The notes under the pieces are model-generated. The model worked only from the letters and a program-made list of their open reading frames with translations. It did no database searches and was not told the DNA's origin. DNA of 57,513 nucleotides, from assembly GCA_050613775.1 (NCBI GenBank), contig JBODTK010000108.1, positions 496,001-553,513 on the forward strand, given 5' to 3'. The DNA comes from Neocallimastix sp. 'constans'. Its lineage: Eukaryota. Both the position numbers and the translations under genes were made by a program. Positions 13,440 to 26,036 of this stretch are shown here, piece by piece. The first letter of the stretch is position 1. Each line of letters opens with the position of its first letter.

Positions 13440-14900
13440 TTTTAACAATGGAAAGTAAACACTAAGAGAAATCTTCTTCAAAAAATCCAAAATACTTGAA
13501 TTATCATCCATCATGATTAGGAAAGATGAAAGTATCACAGATTTTGATTTAAGATTCTCTGAACTCCTGAATCAAGTAATTAAAAGTATTAATATTCCGG
13601 ATGTCATAATTACTTCATACTATATTAATGCATTTAGAAATTGGACTAAAATTTATGAAAATTTAATGGAAGAAGAACCTACCTCTTTAGAAGATGCAAT
13701 GAATATAACAGAAAAGAAGGAGAAAATTCTAAATCTTATGAAAGATAGTAAAGGAAAAGGATCAAATTTAAAAGAAAAAACTGATAATTTAAATATAAGA
13801 AAACAATCAGAAAATTATAGTAATTATCAAAATAAATATAATTCAGATTATACACAAAATAACTGAGACAATAATGATGCAAATAAATTCAATAATTTTA
13901 ATAATAACAATAAAAATAAAAGTTATTATAACAAAAATATTAACAATAGTAATAATAATAGAGTACCATGTACAAATAATTTCAATTAAAATAAATTAAA
14001 TAATGACACAAATAATATTCAAAATCAAAAAATTTAGTCGTAGGGAAATTGATGAAATTACATGAAAATTATCAGATTTAAAATTAAATTTTTTATGTAA
14101 ATTATTTAGGAATAGGACATGATTAAACTGAATGTACTGAAAACTTGAATGACCATTTAAGCTAAATTATAGGAGTGTGCAATCTCCCAACACAAATAAA
14201 ATTGCAATAGTAGTTCAAGAAGATCAAATTAATAATGAAAACAACACAACATATACATTAAATTCAATCCAAAAAAAAGAAAACACAAGCTTCAAAATCA
14301 TTAAATAAGAAAAAAATAGATTTATCAAATAAATCAATTTTAAAACCAGCAATATTAAATCAATCAAAAAAAAAAAAAAAAAATAAAACAACAAAAAACA
14401 AAAAATTAGAGATAAAAGAAGAAGAAAAAAGATTTAAGTGAAAGTGAAGATACTGATGAAGAAATACAAGAATTAAGTGATAAAGAAATGTAAGAAAATA
14501 ATGATGAAAATAATGTTACAAATAATAAGGAAAATATAAATGGAAATAATAATTCAAATGCAATTATTATCATTTCACAAAAAGAAGAACGAGAATTTAA
14601 CGAAATATATTAGAAGAAATAATTAATAATGTACCAGATGGAATTAAAAATGAATTTAAAAAAATTATTTATAAAATACAAAATTAGAACCATATTTTTA
14701 CTGGACCATTTAAAGTTGTTAAAGAACCAAAATTTAATACTTTGGTATTGGAGGACCCACGAAATGAAGAACAACCAAACGAGGAATATACATATTAAAA
14801 AATGTCTATTTCTATACAATAAGAGAAGAAATTTTAGGAACTTCAGGAGATGAAGTTAGATCTTAAGGCCTGTGAAATAAAAGGCTATAATAAGAAATAA
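13440..14900 (+). mobile_element. Ty3/gypsy LTR-retrotransposon relic, internally deleted
   Basis: ORF 13513-13866 is retrotransposon-gag-like (ESITDFDLRFSELL..SYYINAF..LMEEEPTSLEDAM). A zinc-knuckle remnant (IGHD*TEC) lies at ~14095-14140. The integrase C-terminal GPY/F module KLEPYF-TGPFKVVK lies at ~14681-14725. Many stops and frameshifts. Confidence 0.78.
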
Positions 14901-15499
14901 TAATAAAATAAAAAATATAATAATATAATAGTTATAAAACCGTATTATATTTAAATGAATTGAATTTGTTTTTTTTTTTTAAAAAAAAAAAAAAAAAATT
15001 CATTTTATTAATAATTTTAAATATATTATTATAAAAATAATATTAATAATAAAATATAAAATGAAATAAATATTCCAGAAAAAATTCACAATAATTATTC
15101 CTATTTTTCTAGTTTTTTATTTTATTTTATTTTATTTTATTTTATTTTATTTTTTATATGTTTTATTAATTCATTTGAAATATTTTTATTTTTTTTTATT
15201 TATTTATAATAATGTAGTAATAATGGGGTAACTATAATGTTTTAACTATAATAATTTTTTTTTTAATGAAGAGTAAGATAATGATAAATTAATCATTAAC
15301 AAATTGACATTAATTCATTAATTCTGTATAAAAATGAAAAATAAAATTATATTAACATTAAACAATAAAATATAATTATAAATTTAGTCTTTTAGTCTTG
15401 ATATTATTTAAATTTTATATTAATTAAAAACTTTTAATTTATAAATTTCCTCCAATATTTAAAAAATAATTTCTTTTTTTTTTTTTTTTTTTTTTGTTA

Positions 15500-15563
<64 letters not shown>

Positions 15564-16832
15564 TTTATTTTATTATTTAAGACATTTACATTAATTTAAT
15601 AAAAAAAAAATTTTTTTTTTATTATCTATTAAAGTTTCTTCTTTTTTTATATATATATATATAAATATATATATTTTATTATTATTATTATTTAAAATTT
15701 TATTTCATAAATTCTAAAATATAAATATTTATAATTTTAAGGTATTGTGTAGATTTAAAGTTTCTTCTTTTTTTTTTTTTTTTTTTTTTTTCTATTTTGT
15801 TTTTATAATTATAAACTTAATAATAATTTATAATTAATAATAATAATAATTATTAAGAACAATTTTTAATTAAATTATAATTAAATTATCATTAAGAAAA
15901 AAAAAGTCAAATTATATATATAATATATAAATATATAAATTATTTTCTTCGGTAAATGAATTAATTATGCATAATTCAATCAATTATTTTCAATTATAAA
16001 TAAAAAATAAAAACTTTTTTCTTGAATCTCCAAGTATTTAATAATAATAATAATTGTAAATGAAAGTAATACTAAAATATATAATTATTTAAATTTAATT
16101 ATTAATTTTATTATTTAGATAATAATAATAATTTTATCAAAATAATAAAATATTTTTTGAAACAAAAAAAAATATATATATATTAATTATTAATAATATA
16201 ATAAAATAGATAATAGAAAATAAACTTTTCTTATTTCAATTAATTATTTTTTAAAATATATTATGTATATATATATATTTTTTTAATAATTAAACTTTTT
16301 AATTATTACTTTTAATGTATCATACTAATGATTAATAATTAATAAATAATTATTTATATCTCATTAGTAACAAAAAAAAAAAAAAAAATAATTAAAAAAA
16401 AAAAGGTATAAAAATAATTTTATTTCACTTTTTTTTTTTTTTTGTATATCTCATTATTAATTCATAGAAATATATATAATATAAAATGTAATTATAAATT
16501 TATAATAAAATTTTATTATATATTATAATATTATATACTATTTTTTTTTTTTTTTTTTTTTGTTGAACTATTGTTGAATTAAATACTTTTGTTATGTTAA
16601 TTTATTATTTTATTAATAATTATTTTTAATTATTGTATAATTCCTTATCATCAAATTCAAATTATTTTATAAAATCAAAAAAATAATTAAAAATAAATAT
16701 ATTAAAATATAAAATAAAAAATATACACATCTATATAATTAAAATTATTATTTGAATCTAAATATTAATATATTATATATTATAAATTTGTATTATATAT
16801 TTATATTATAAATATATAAATAGAAAAATAGA

Positions 16833-18644
16833 ATGAAATTTACTACTTTAATATTTGCTGCTCTTTCAGTGGCTGGAATTTACGCTGGTGATTGTGGTCC
16901 TGGCATTGGTAAATGTGGTGACGGTAAATGTTGTAGTAAGTATGGTTGGTGTGGTACATCCGATAAGTATTGTGGTACCGGCTGTCAGGAAGGTTACGGT
17001 ATTTGTAATTCTACTCGTGATTCTCAGACTCCATCATCAACTTTCCACCCTGTCTCTGAAGATGGTAGTTGTGGTCCTAAGAATGGTAATACTTCTTGTC
17101 CTCCAGGTGAATGTTGTAGTAAATATGGTTGGTGTGGTACCTCTATTTCTTATTGTGGTAGTGGTTGTCAATCCGAATTTGGTTCTTGTGCTAATGGTGG
17201 CACAACGTCCTCTACTTCTACTACCAAAACAAAAACTACTAAAACAAAAACAAAAACTACTACTACTACTACCACAACTACTACTACTAAACCTTCACCT
17301 ACTTCATCAAATGGTCATCCTATCTCTACCGATAATCGTTGTGGTTCTAATAATGGTAATACTTCTTGTCCTGAAGGTCAATGCTGTAGTAAATACGGTT
17401 GGTGTGGTACTTCATCTGCTTATTGTGATAAGGGTTGTCAATCAGAATTTGGTAAATGTAATAATACTACCACTACCACTACCACTACAACTACCACAAC
17501 TACTACAACTACTACTACCACTACTAGTAAAACTACTACTACCACTACTAGTAAAACTACTACTACTAAAACTAAAACTACTACTACTAAAACTACCACT
17601 ACTAAACCCACAACTACTAAAACTTCCACTACTAAATCTTCTACTACTAAAACCACCACTACGAAATCTTCTACTACTAAAACCACTACTACTAAAACTA
17701 CTACTACTAAAACTACTACTACTAAATCTTCAACTACTAAAACCACTACCACTAAAACTACTACTACTAAAACTACCACTACTAAAACTAAATCTACTAC
17801 TACTTCTTCACATCCTACCTCAACCGATGGTCGCTGTGGTAAAGAATATAATAATGCTGCCTGTCCAGATGGTGAATGTTGTAGTGAATATGGCTGGTGC
17901 GGTTCTACCAGTGATTATTGTGATGCTGGTTGTCAATCTGAATACGGTGTATGTGGTAGTGGTTCTTCTGGTGATTCATCTGATGGTTCTAAATCTGATA
18001 GAGCTACAGTCTATGACAAATGTAAGAAAAGTAATCAATGGGCACTCACCTTTGATGATGGACCATACGTATATGATGAAGAACTCCTTGATTTCCTTAA
18101 ATCTGAAGGAGTTAAAGCCACCTTCTTTGTTAATGGTAACAATGTCATGGATATTACGAGTTCCGAAGGAAAGAGAATTATTAAAAGAATGTATAATGAA
18201 GGTCATGAAATTGCTAGTCACACCTATTCCCATGCTAGTCTCGCCTCTATAAGTAGGAGTAAAATTAGAGAAGAAATTACCAAATTAGATGAAAAGATAA
18301 AGGATATCATTGGAGTGAAACCAGCTTTCATTCGTCCACCTTATGGAGAAGGTGCAGGTAGTAGTACTGTTCAAACTGAACTTAAATCCCTCGGCTATAC
18401 CGCCATTATTTTATGGAATGTTGATACCATGGACTGGAGTAATAAGGGAGATATCGACTATGCTATTAGTAAGTTTAATGAAAAACTTGGCAAGCCTATC
18501 ATCTCATTGAATCACTGCTACTATGAAGGCATCTCCAAGGAAAGTTTAATAAAATCAGCACGTGAAGAAATTAAATATATGAAGAGCAAAGGATACACTC
18601 CAGTTACCATGTCAGAATGTTTAGGTCTTGAACCATACCAATAA
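16833..18644 (+). CDS. Secreted chitin/polysaccharide deacetylase (CE4, NodB domain) with four CBM18 (hevein-type) chitin-binding modules and Thr/Lys-rich linkers
   Basis: Signal peptide [18 protein letters not shown]; four CG..C..CCS(K/E)YGWCG....YC..GCQ..GxC modules; CE4 motifs TFDDGP, HTYSH, RPPYG, DTMDW and LNH all intact. Confidence 0.96.
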   Translation: MKFTTLIFAALSVAGIYAGDCGPGIGKCGDGKCCSKYGWCGTSDKYCGTGCQEGYGICNSTRDSQTPSSTFHPVSEDGSCGPKNGNTSCPPGECCSKYGWCGTSISYCGSGCQSEFGSCANGGTTSSTSTTKTKTTKTKTKTTTTTTTTTTTKPSPTSSNGHPISTDNRCGSNNGNTSCPEGQCCSKYGWCGTSSAYCDKGCQSEFGKCNNTTTTTTTTTTTTTTTTTTTTSKTTTTTTSKTTTTKTKTTTTKTTTTKPTTTKTSTTKSSTTKTTTTKSSTTKTTTTKTTTTKTTTTKSSTTKTTTTKTTTTKTTTTKTKSTTTSSHPTSTDGRCGKEYNNAACPDGECCSEYGWCGSTSDYCDAGCQSEYGVCGSGSSGDSSDGSKSDRATVYDKCKKSNQWALTFDDGPYVYDEELLDFLKSEGVKATFFVNGNNVMDITSSEGKRIIKRMYNEGHEIASHTYSHASLASISRSKIREEITKLDEKIKDIIGVKPAFIRPPYGEGAGSSTVQTELKSLGYTAIILWNVDTMDWSNKGDIDYAISKFNEKLGKPIISLNHCYYEGISKESLIKSAREEIKYMKSKGYTPVTMSECLGLEPYQ

Positions 18645-19738
18645 ATAAAGAAAAACAAATAAACCGAAACGAAAAAAAAAATAATAAAAATAAAAATATA
18701 AATATAAAATTATAATGATATAATTAAAATTATTTTAAAAAAATTAAAATAATTATAAAATTAAATAATAATAATAATAATAATGTTTATAAAGCTATCT
18801 ATAGAATAGAATAATATTATTTATTAATGATCTTTCATAATTAATAATAATATTAATGATATAAAAATATGGAATGTAATAATTATTATTATAACCTTCC
18901 TTATTTTTATAACCTTTTTATTTAAAAATAATAGAAAATATAAGATAAAAAATTAAAAAAAAGCGAAATATCAATTAAAAAAAAAAAAAAAAATACATTT
19001 ATATCCCTAATTCTTATTTTTGTAATAGAAAAAAATAATAATAAATAAAGATATTAATAAAATAAAATAATAAAAAAAATATAAAAAAATATTAAAACTT
19101 ATTTAATATTTATTATTTATTATTACATTCAAAAATAATAATATTATATAATACTGTTATTGATTATTATTTATCAATTTATCATAAACTTTATGAAAAA
19201 AAAAATATATATATATATATATATAATTATTTTATATTAAAAAAAAAATATTATCATTTTTTAATATTATTATTAATTTATTAGTTAATTATTATTTTAT
19301 ATCTTTTTTTTTGGAATTATTTTTTTTATCTTAATGCTGTATAATTGAAGAAAGACTTTCTTTTAATAATATATATATATATATTCATTTTCATCACTAT
19401 TTAAAAAAAAAATATTAATATAAAAGATTTCTTTTATTTTTTATACATAAAAAAAAGAAAAATAATTTTTTTTTGACTATATATTTTTTTAAATATCCTT
19501 TTTAGAATTATTGTATAATTTTCATATATTAATTTTTTTCTAAAATAAAAAAAAATAATAATAATAATAATAGTAATAATAAAAATAGTCTTTAATAAAA
19601 ATAATTGTTATATTATTCAAAATAACTATAATTTGAAACAGGATGATAATTTTTTATTGAATAGAATCCCAATAATAAATTTTATAATAATAAATTAAAA
19701 TAAATATTTAATTATAAAAATAATGTTATAATATTTTA

Positions 19739-19774
<36 letters not shown>

Positions 19775-19860
19775 CAACAAATAATATATTAATTATTATT
19801 ATTATTATTTTCATTAATATTCATTAATGTTCATTATTATTTATTATATTATTCATTAAT

Positions 19861-19915
19861 ATTAGATCCAGAACCATCAGAAGAACTATTAAAAACCACT
19901 ACCACACACCATATT
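19861..19915 (-). pseudogene. Short inverted fragment of the deacetylase gene (second copy at 22667-22720)
   Basis: Reverse complement atatggtgtgtggtagtggtttttaatagttcttctgatggttctggatctaat aligns with 17942-17999 atacggtgtatgtggtagtggttcttctggtgattcatctgatggttctaaatctgat. Confidence 0.65.
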
Positions 19916-20608
19916 ATTATAACCTTTTTTTAAAAAAATTAAAAATAAAATTAAATAAAAAAAAAAAATTTAATTAAAATAATAATAAAAAAAAAAAAAA
20001 AAAGAATTAATAATTAAAATAATAAAAATATAATTTGAGTCATGATTATTGATAAAACCATGAGCTATATGATCTTGGAAAACAATAATTTATATCCCGG
20101 CTCTCTCTCTTTCACCAATTCAATTCCTAAATCTCTTATTTCCTTTATAGCTCCCTTTTTTTATTATTATTTATTGTTATTAATATTTTTTTTTTAAATT
20201 AATTAAATTTTATAAGTTCTTTACTTTTTTTTCTTTCCTTCCTTTCTTTTTTATTATTTTAATTATTTTTTATGAAAAAATAAAAAATAAAAAATAAAAA
20301 CTAGCAAAAATATGACTATTAAATATTGTCGGATATTTAATCCGCTTTTTTTGGATTAGTTTTAATTTTTTTTTTAATTTTTTTTTTTTTTTTTGATATA
20401 AAATCTTTGAATTCTTGTTAATCTGTTACATGGAAATGGTTAGTAATTAACTATTCTTTCATATAATATTGCATATATAAATATATTTATATTAATTCCT
20501 ATTTTTTTATAAAACTTATATATATTATATTTTTTATTGTTATTATTATTGTTATTGTTGTTCATTTATTTTTTTTTTTTTTTTTTTTTAAAAATTTGTA
20601 ATATATAT

Positions 20609-20881
20609 TTAAAATAATAAGGCATTAAGAACGACAATCATCAAAGTAAGTATGATGCTTATGGATTGACCAAAAACGACATGATTGAATTCATGGTTCG
20701 ACATTGTGTCATTTTTTTTCTAATAAAATTAGCTTTAATAATAATTTGTTGCCGGTAATTGAATATATCGATAAAGATAAGTTGAATTTGAATTTTTTTA
20801 TATCTTCTTTAATTTTTAGTTAAATTATTATTATGGAGTAGTAGTGAAAGTAATAATAGAATTACCACTGGAATCATAGTT
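20609..20881 (-). pseudogene. Decayed 3' third of the GPI-protein gene (25188-26036), copy 1
   Basis: Aligns with 25188-25440 (ttaaaataataaggca.taagaac...atggattgacc.aaaacg...atagaattaccac.ggaa) with indels. Confidence 0.88.
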
Positions 20882-21448
20882 GGTATATTACGACATACAC
20901 TAGATAAATATTGAGGTACCACCTGTAAGGAAATCTTTTCCTATTTTTTAATTTTTAATTGGGATTTTCAGTCCTCAGACTTCATCGTCATCTCTCCACC
21001 CTGTCTCTAAAAAAAAATTATCATTATGGTCCTAAGAATGGTAACACCTCTTATCCTGATGGTTAGTATTCAAGTGAATGCTGCTGTTGTTGGTATTTAG
21101 CTTTCTTTATTGTAGTAAGAGATGTTAATTATAATTTAATTATTGTAATAATGATTCCTCTGTCACGATTACTAAAAAAAAAACTATTAATCCCTCGGTC
21201 ATATCGCCATTGTTTTATGAAATATTGATACCATGGATTGGAGCAATAAGGGAGATATCGACTATGCTATTAGTAAGTTTAATGAAAAACTTGGCAAGCC
21301 TATCATCTCATTGAATCATTGCTACTATGAAGGCATCTCCAAGGAAAGTTTAATAAAATCAGCACGTGAAGAAATTAAATATATGAAGAGCAAAGGATAC
21401 ACACCAGTTACCATGTCAGAATGTTTAGGTCTTGAACCATACCAATAA
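20879..21448 (+). pseudogene. Deacetylase pseudogene, copy 1: decayed CBM18 region joined by a ~1.15-kb deletion to a near-intact 3' tail
   Basis: 20879-21185 aligns with ~16944-17240 (ctcagact.catc.tca.ct.tccaccctgtctct, ggtcctaagaatggtaa). 21191-21448 aligns with 18387-18644, and the last 71 aa are identical. Confidence 0.9.
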
Positions 21449-22542
21449 ATAAAGAAAAAACAAACAAACCGAAACGAAAAAAAAAATAATAAAAATAAAA
21501 ATATAAATATAAAATTATAATGATATAAATAATTAAAATTATTTTAAAAAAATTAAAATAATTATAAAATTAAATAATAATAATAATAATAATGTTTATA
21601 AAGCTATCTATAGAATAAAATAATATTATTTAATTATGATCTTTAATAATAATTTTAATGATATAAAAATATGGAATGTAATAATTATTATTATAACCTT
21701 CCTTATTTTTATAACCTTTTTATTTAAAAATAATAGAAAATATAAGATAAAAAATTAAAAAAAAGCAAAATATCAATTAAAAAAAAAAAAATACATTTAT
21801 ATCCCTAATTCTTATTTTTGTAATAGAAAAAAAATAGTAATAAATAAAGATAATAATGAAATAAAATAATAAAAAAAATATAAAAAAAATATTAAAACTT
21901 ATTTAATATTTATTATTTATTATTACATTCAAAAAAATAATATTATAATAATACTGTTATTGATTATTATTTATCAATTTATCATAAACTTTATGAAAAA
22001 AATATATATATATAGTTTTTTTATATTAAAAAAAAAATATCATTTTTTAACTTTATGATTAATTAATGAATTAATAATTATTTTATATATTTTTTATTTT
22101 TTTGTAATTATTTTTTTAATCTTAATGCTGTATAATTGAAGAAAGACTTTCTTTTAATAATATATATATATATTCATTTTCATCACTATATAAAAAAAAA
22201 ATATTAATATAAAAGATTTCTTTTATTTTTTATACATAAAAAAAGGAAAAATATTTTTTTTTTGACTATATATTTTTTTAAATATCCTTTTTAGAATTAT
22301 TGTATAATTTTCATATATTAATTTTTTTCTAAAATAAAAAAAAATAATAATAATAATAGTAATAATAAAAATAGTCTTTAATAAAAATAATTGTTATATT
22401 ATTCAAAATAAATATAATTTAGAAGAGGATGATAAATGGGATTTAGTTTATATTTTTTTATTGAATAGAATCCCAATAATAAATTTTATAAAAATAAATT
22501 AGAATAAATATTTAATTAAAAAATAATCTTATAATATTTTAT

Positions 22543-22580
<38 letters not shown>

Positions 22581-23163
22581 CAACAAATAATATATTAATT
22601 ATTATTATTATTATTTTCATTAATATTCATTAATATTCATTATTATTTATTATATTATTCATTAATATTAGATCCAGAACCATCAGAAGAACTATTAAAA
22701 ACCACTACCACACACCATATTATTATAACCTTTTTTAAAAAAATTAAAAATAAAATAAAATAAAATAAAAAAAATTAATTAAAATAATAATAAAAAAAAA
22801 AAAAAAAAAAGAATTAATAATTAAAGTAATAAAAAAATAATTTGAGTCATGATTAATGATAAAACCATGAGCTATATGATCTTGGAAAACAATAATTAAT
22901 ATCTCAGTTCCCTCTCTTTTCACCAATTCAATTCCTAAATCTCTTGTTCCCCTTATAGCTCCCTTTTTTTATTATTATTTATTGTTATTAATATTTTTTT
23001 TTAAATTAATTAAATTTTATAAGTTCTTTACTTTTTTTCTTTCCTCCTTCCTTTCTTTTTTATTATTTTAATTATTTTATTTGATAAATAAAAAAAAAAA
23101 CTAGCAAAAATATGACTATTAGATTTTGTCGGATATTTAATCCGATTTTTTTGGATTAGTTTT

Positions 23164-23210
<47 letters not shown>

Positions 23211-23382
23211 ATAAAAAATCTTTGAATTCTTGTTAATCTGTTACATCGAAATGGTTAATAATTAACTATTCTTTCATATAATATTGCATATATAAATATA
23301 TTTATATTAATTTCTATTTTTTATAAAACTTATATATATTATATTTTTTATTGTTATTATTATTGTTATTGTTGTTCATTTA

Positions 23383-23413
<31 letters not shown>

Positions 23414-23427
23414 TTTGTAATATATAT

Positions 23428-23700
23428 TTAAAATAATAAGGCATTAAGAACGACAATCATCAAAGTAAGTATGATGCTTATGGATTGACCAAAAACGACA
23501 TGATTGAATTCATGGTTCGACATTGTGTCAATTTTTTTCTAATAAAATTAGCTTTAATAATAATTTGTTGCCGGTAATTGAATATATCGATAAAGATAAG
23601 TTGAATTTGAATTTTTTTATATCTTCTTTAATTTTTAGTTAAATTATTATTATGGAGTAGTAGTGAAAGTAATAATAGAATTACCACTGGAAGCATAGTT
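23428..23700 (-). pseudogene. Decayed 3' third of the GPI-protein gene, copy 2
   Basis: Nearly identical to 20609-20881. Confidence 0.88.
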
Positions 23701-24292
23701 GGTATATTACGACATACACTAGATAAATATTGAGGTACCACCTGTAAGGAAATCTTTTCCTATTTTTTAATTTTTAATTGGGATTTTCAGTCCTCAGACT
23801 TCATCGTCATCTCTCCACCCTGTCTCTAAAAAAAAATTATCATTATGGTCCTAAGAATGGTAACACCTCTTATCCTGATGGTTAGTATTCAAGTGAATGC
23901 TGCTGTTGTTGGTATTTAGCTTTCTTTATTGTAGTAAGAGATGTTAATTATAATTTAATTATTGTAATAATGATTCCTCTGCCACGACTACAAAAAAAAA
24001 AAAACTATCAATTCCTCGGTCATATCGCCATTATTTTATGAAATGTTGATACCATGGACTGGAGAAGCTAGGGAGATGTTGACTATGCTATTAGTAGTCG
24101 ACTATACTAATAGTAAGTTTAATGAAAAACTTGGCAAGCCTATCATCTCATTGAATCATTGCTACTATGAAGGCATCTCCAAGGAAAGTTTAATAAAATC
24201 AGCACGTGAAGAAATTAAATTAAATGAAGAGCAAAAAGGATACACCACCAGTCATCATGTCAGAATGTTTAGGTCATGAACCATGCCAATAA
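23698..24292 (+). pseudogene. Deacetylase pseudogene, copy 2, with a frameshifted tail
   Basis: 5' part nearly identical to 20879-21200. The tail carries insertions (duplicated gactat.cta.tagta) and frameshifts; ORF 24043-24279 retains [36 protein letters not shown]. Confidence 0.88.
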
Positions 24293-25187
24293 ATGTAAAA
24301 TCAAATAAACCAGAAAAAAAAATAAAAATATAAATATAAATATAAAATTATGATAATAAATAATTAAAATTATTTTAAAAAAAACAAAATTATTATAAAT
24401 TAAAAAAAAAATAATAATAAATAATAATAATATTTATAAAGCTATCGATAGAATAAAATAATATTATTTATTTATGATCTTTTATTATTAATAATAATAT
24501 ATGAATGATATAAAAAAAAACTGAAGTTGATCATCATTACTATAACATCTCTCTTTTTTTTTTTTTTTATAACTACAAAACTACAAAATTACATAAAGAT
24601 AGATAGGTATCAGTTTTATCTTTATTTGTTTTTTCCTTTTTTTTTTTTTTTTATTTGTATCTATTTATTTATTTATTTATCTTTTTATTTACTTATTTAT
24701 TTATTATTACTATTATTATTTTTATTTTTTTATTTTTAACCTTATTATTTTTTTTTCATTTATTTAATAATTTATTTCAATTAATTGATTATATTACAAT
24801 ATAATAAAAAAAAAAAATAAATAATTTAGGAAAAAAAAATTATTTTATTATACATAAGGAAACTTATTGATAGTTTTTTTTTTTTTTTTTTTTTATTTTA
24901 ATGATTTATTCTTGTTTTTGTTTTTTTCTATGTGTAATAAATATTTTATTATTTATAATATAAATAAAAGTATAAAAGTAAAAAAAAAAATTAATTATAA
25001 TAATTTTTTTTTTAATATTTTACAATCAATTCTTTTAGGAAACCATTATATATATAAATATGTATATTAATTTCTATCTTTTTTTTTTTATAAAACATTT
25101 TTATATATACATATATATATATTATTTTTATTATTATTGTTGTTTATTTATTTTTTATTTTCTTTTTTTAAATTTATTAACTTATTT

Positions 25188-26036
25188 TTAAAATAATAAG
25201 GCAGTAAGAACAACGGTCATCAAAGCAAGTAGGACATTCATGGATTGACCTAAAACGGCTTGACTGGATTCATGATTTGATGCTGTATCATTTTTTCTAG
25301 TAGAATTAGCATTAACCATAATTTGTTGAGGTGGTTGAATATCGATAAGACAAGTAGAATTTTTCATATCCTCTTCAATTTTAGTTAAATTATATTGAGG
25401 AGTAGTGAGAGTAATAGAATTACCACCGGAAGCGTAAGTTATATTTTTATCTTTAATTTTTTTTTCAGCATCAATCATAATACTTAAATTATTAACTAAG
25501 GTATTTTCACACTGTGTTCTATTCAATGATTTAATACCACAAGTTTTTTTTAGGGAAGAAGTATCCTTTTGCATCTTAACAATATTAGAAATGAATGGAC
25601 AGGAATCCTTATCATCTTCTGTTCTAGAACAGAATAAATCTAAGTAGGCATTACCATGATCAAGAAGGCTTTGCATATCTTGATTCACTTTATAGCATGG
25701 TTTATTTTTTTTATATTCTTCATTAATTTGATGGAATTTACTGTTGCATTGACGATTAGTAGAAATTTCAAGCATATGAATACAGTAGGCATAGCAACCT
25801 CTCATGCATTCATCCTTTGAACTATTAAATAAATCTTCATAACTTTTAATAGTATCGTTCATATTAGCAACAGAAGCAGCGATGACCATGTTAAATGGTG
25901 AACTTGGTGAAAAATCAATGATAGAATCCAAAGTATTAATGAATTCATTTATACCATTATGACTTTTGTGACCCTTAACGCCTAAAGAAATGCATAAGAT
26001 ACCGAAAATTGAGGAAAATAAGCTTAAAATTTTCAT
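25188..26036 (-). CDS. Secreted Cys-rich protein of unknown function, probably GPI-anchored, 282 aa
   Basis: N-terminal signal MKILSLFSSIFGILCISLGVKG; 10 Cys in the mature region; several NxS/T sequons; polar spacer then hydrophobic C-terminus (ESSQAVLGQSMNVLLALMTVVLTALLF). Confidence 0.85.
   Translation of the reverse strand: MKILSLFSSIFGILCISLGVKGHKSHNGINEFINTLDSIIDFSPSSPFNMVIAASVANMNDTIKSYEDLFNSSKDECMRGCYAYCIHMLEISTNRQCNSKFHQINEEYKKNKPCYKVNQDMQSLLDHGNAYLDLFCSRTEDDKDSCPFISNIVKMQKDTSSLKKTCGIKSLNRTQCENTLVNNLSIMIDAEKKIKDKNITYASGGNSITLTTPQYNLTKIEEDMKNSTCLIDIQPPQQIMVNANSTRKNDTASNHESSQAVLGQSMNVLLALMTVVLTALLF

Larger units (their letters stand above)
18385..24500 (+). repeat. ~2.8-kb tandem segmental duplication (two full units, ~18385-21190 and ~21191-24010, plus a diverged partial third)
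   Basis: Landmarks recur at a ~2.8-kb offset: stop codons 18644/21448/~24292; attagatccagaaccatcag 19861/22667; ttaaaataataaggcattaag 20609/23428. Confidence 0.93.

Noticed and set aside
16855..18252. 465-aa overlapping ORF in another + frame, and antisense ORFs 17438-17779 and 17976-18233
   Set aside because: Shadow frames caused by T-ending codon bias and ACT repeats of the deacetylase (Leu/Val-only composition).
21233..21448. 71-aa ORF as an independent small gene
   Set aside because: It is the C-terminal tail of the deacetylase, lacks the catalytic motifs and a signal peptide, and sits in a pseudogene context.
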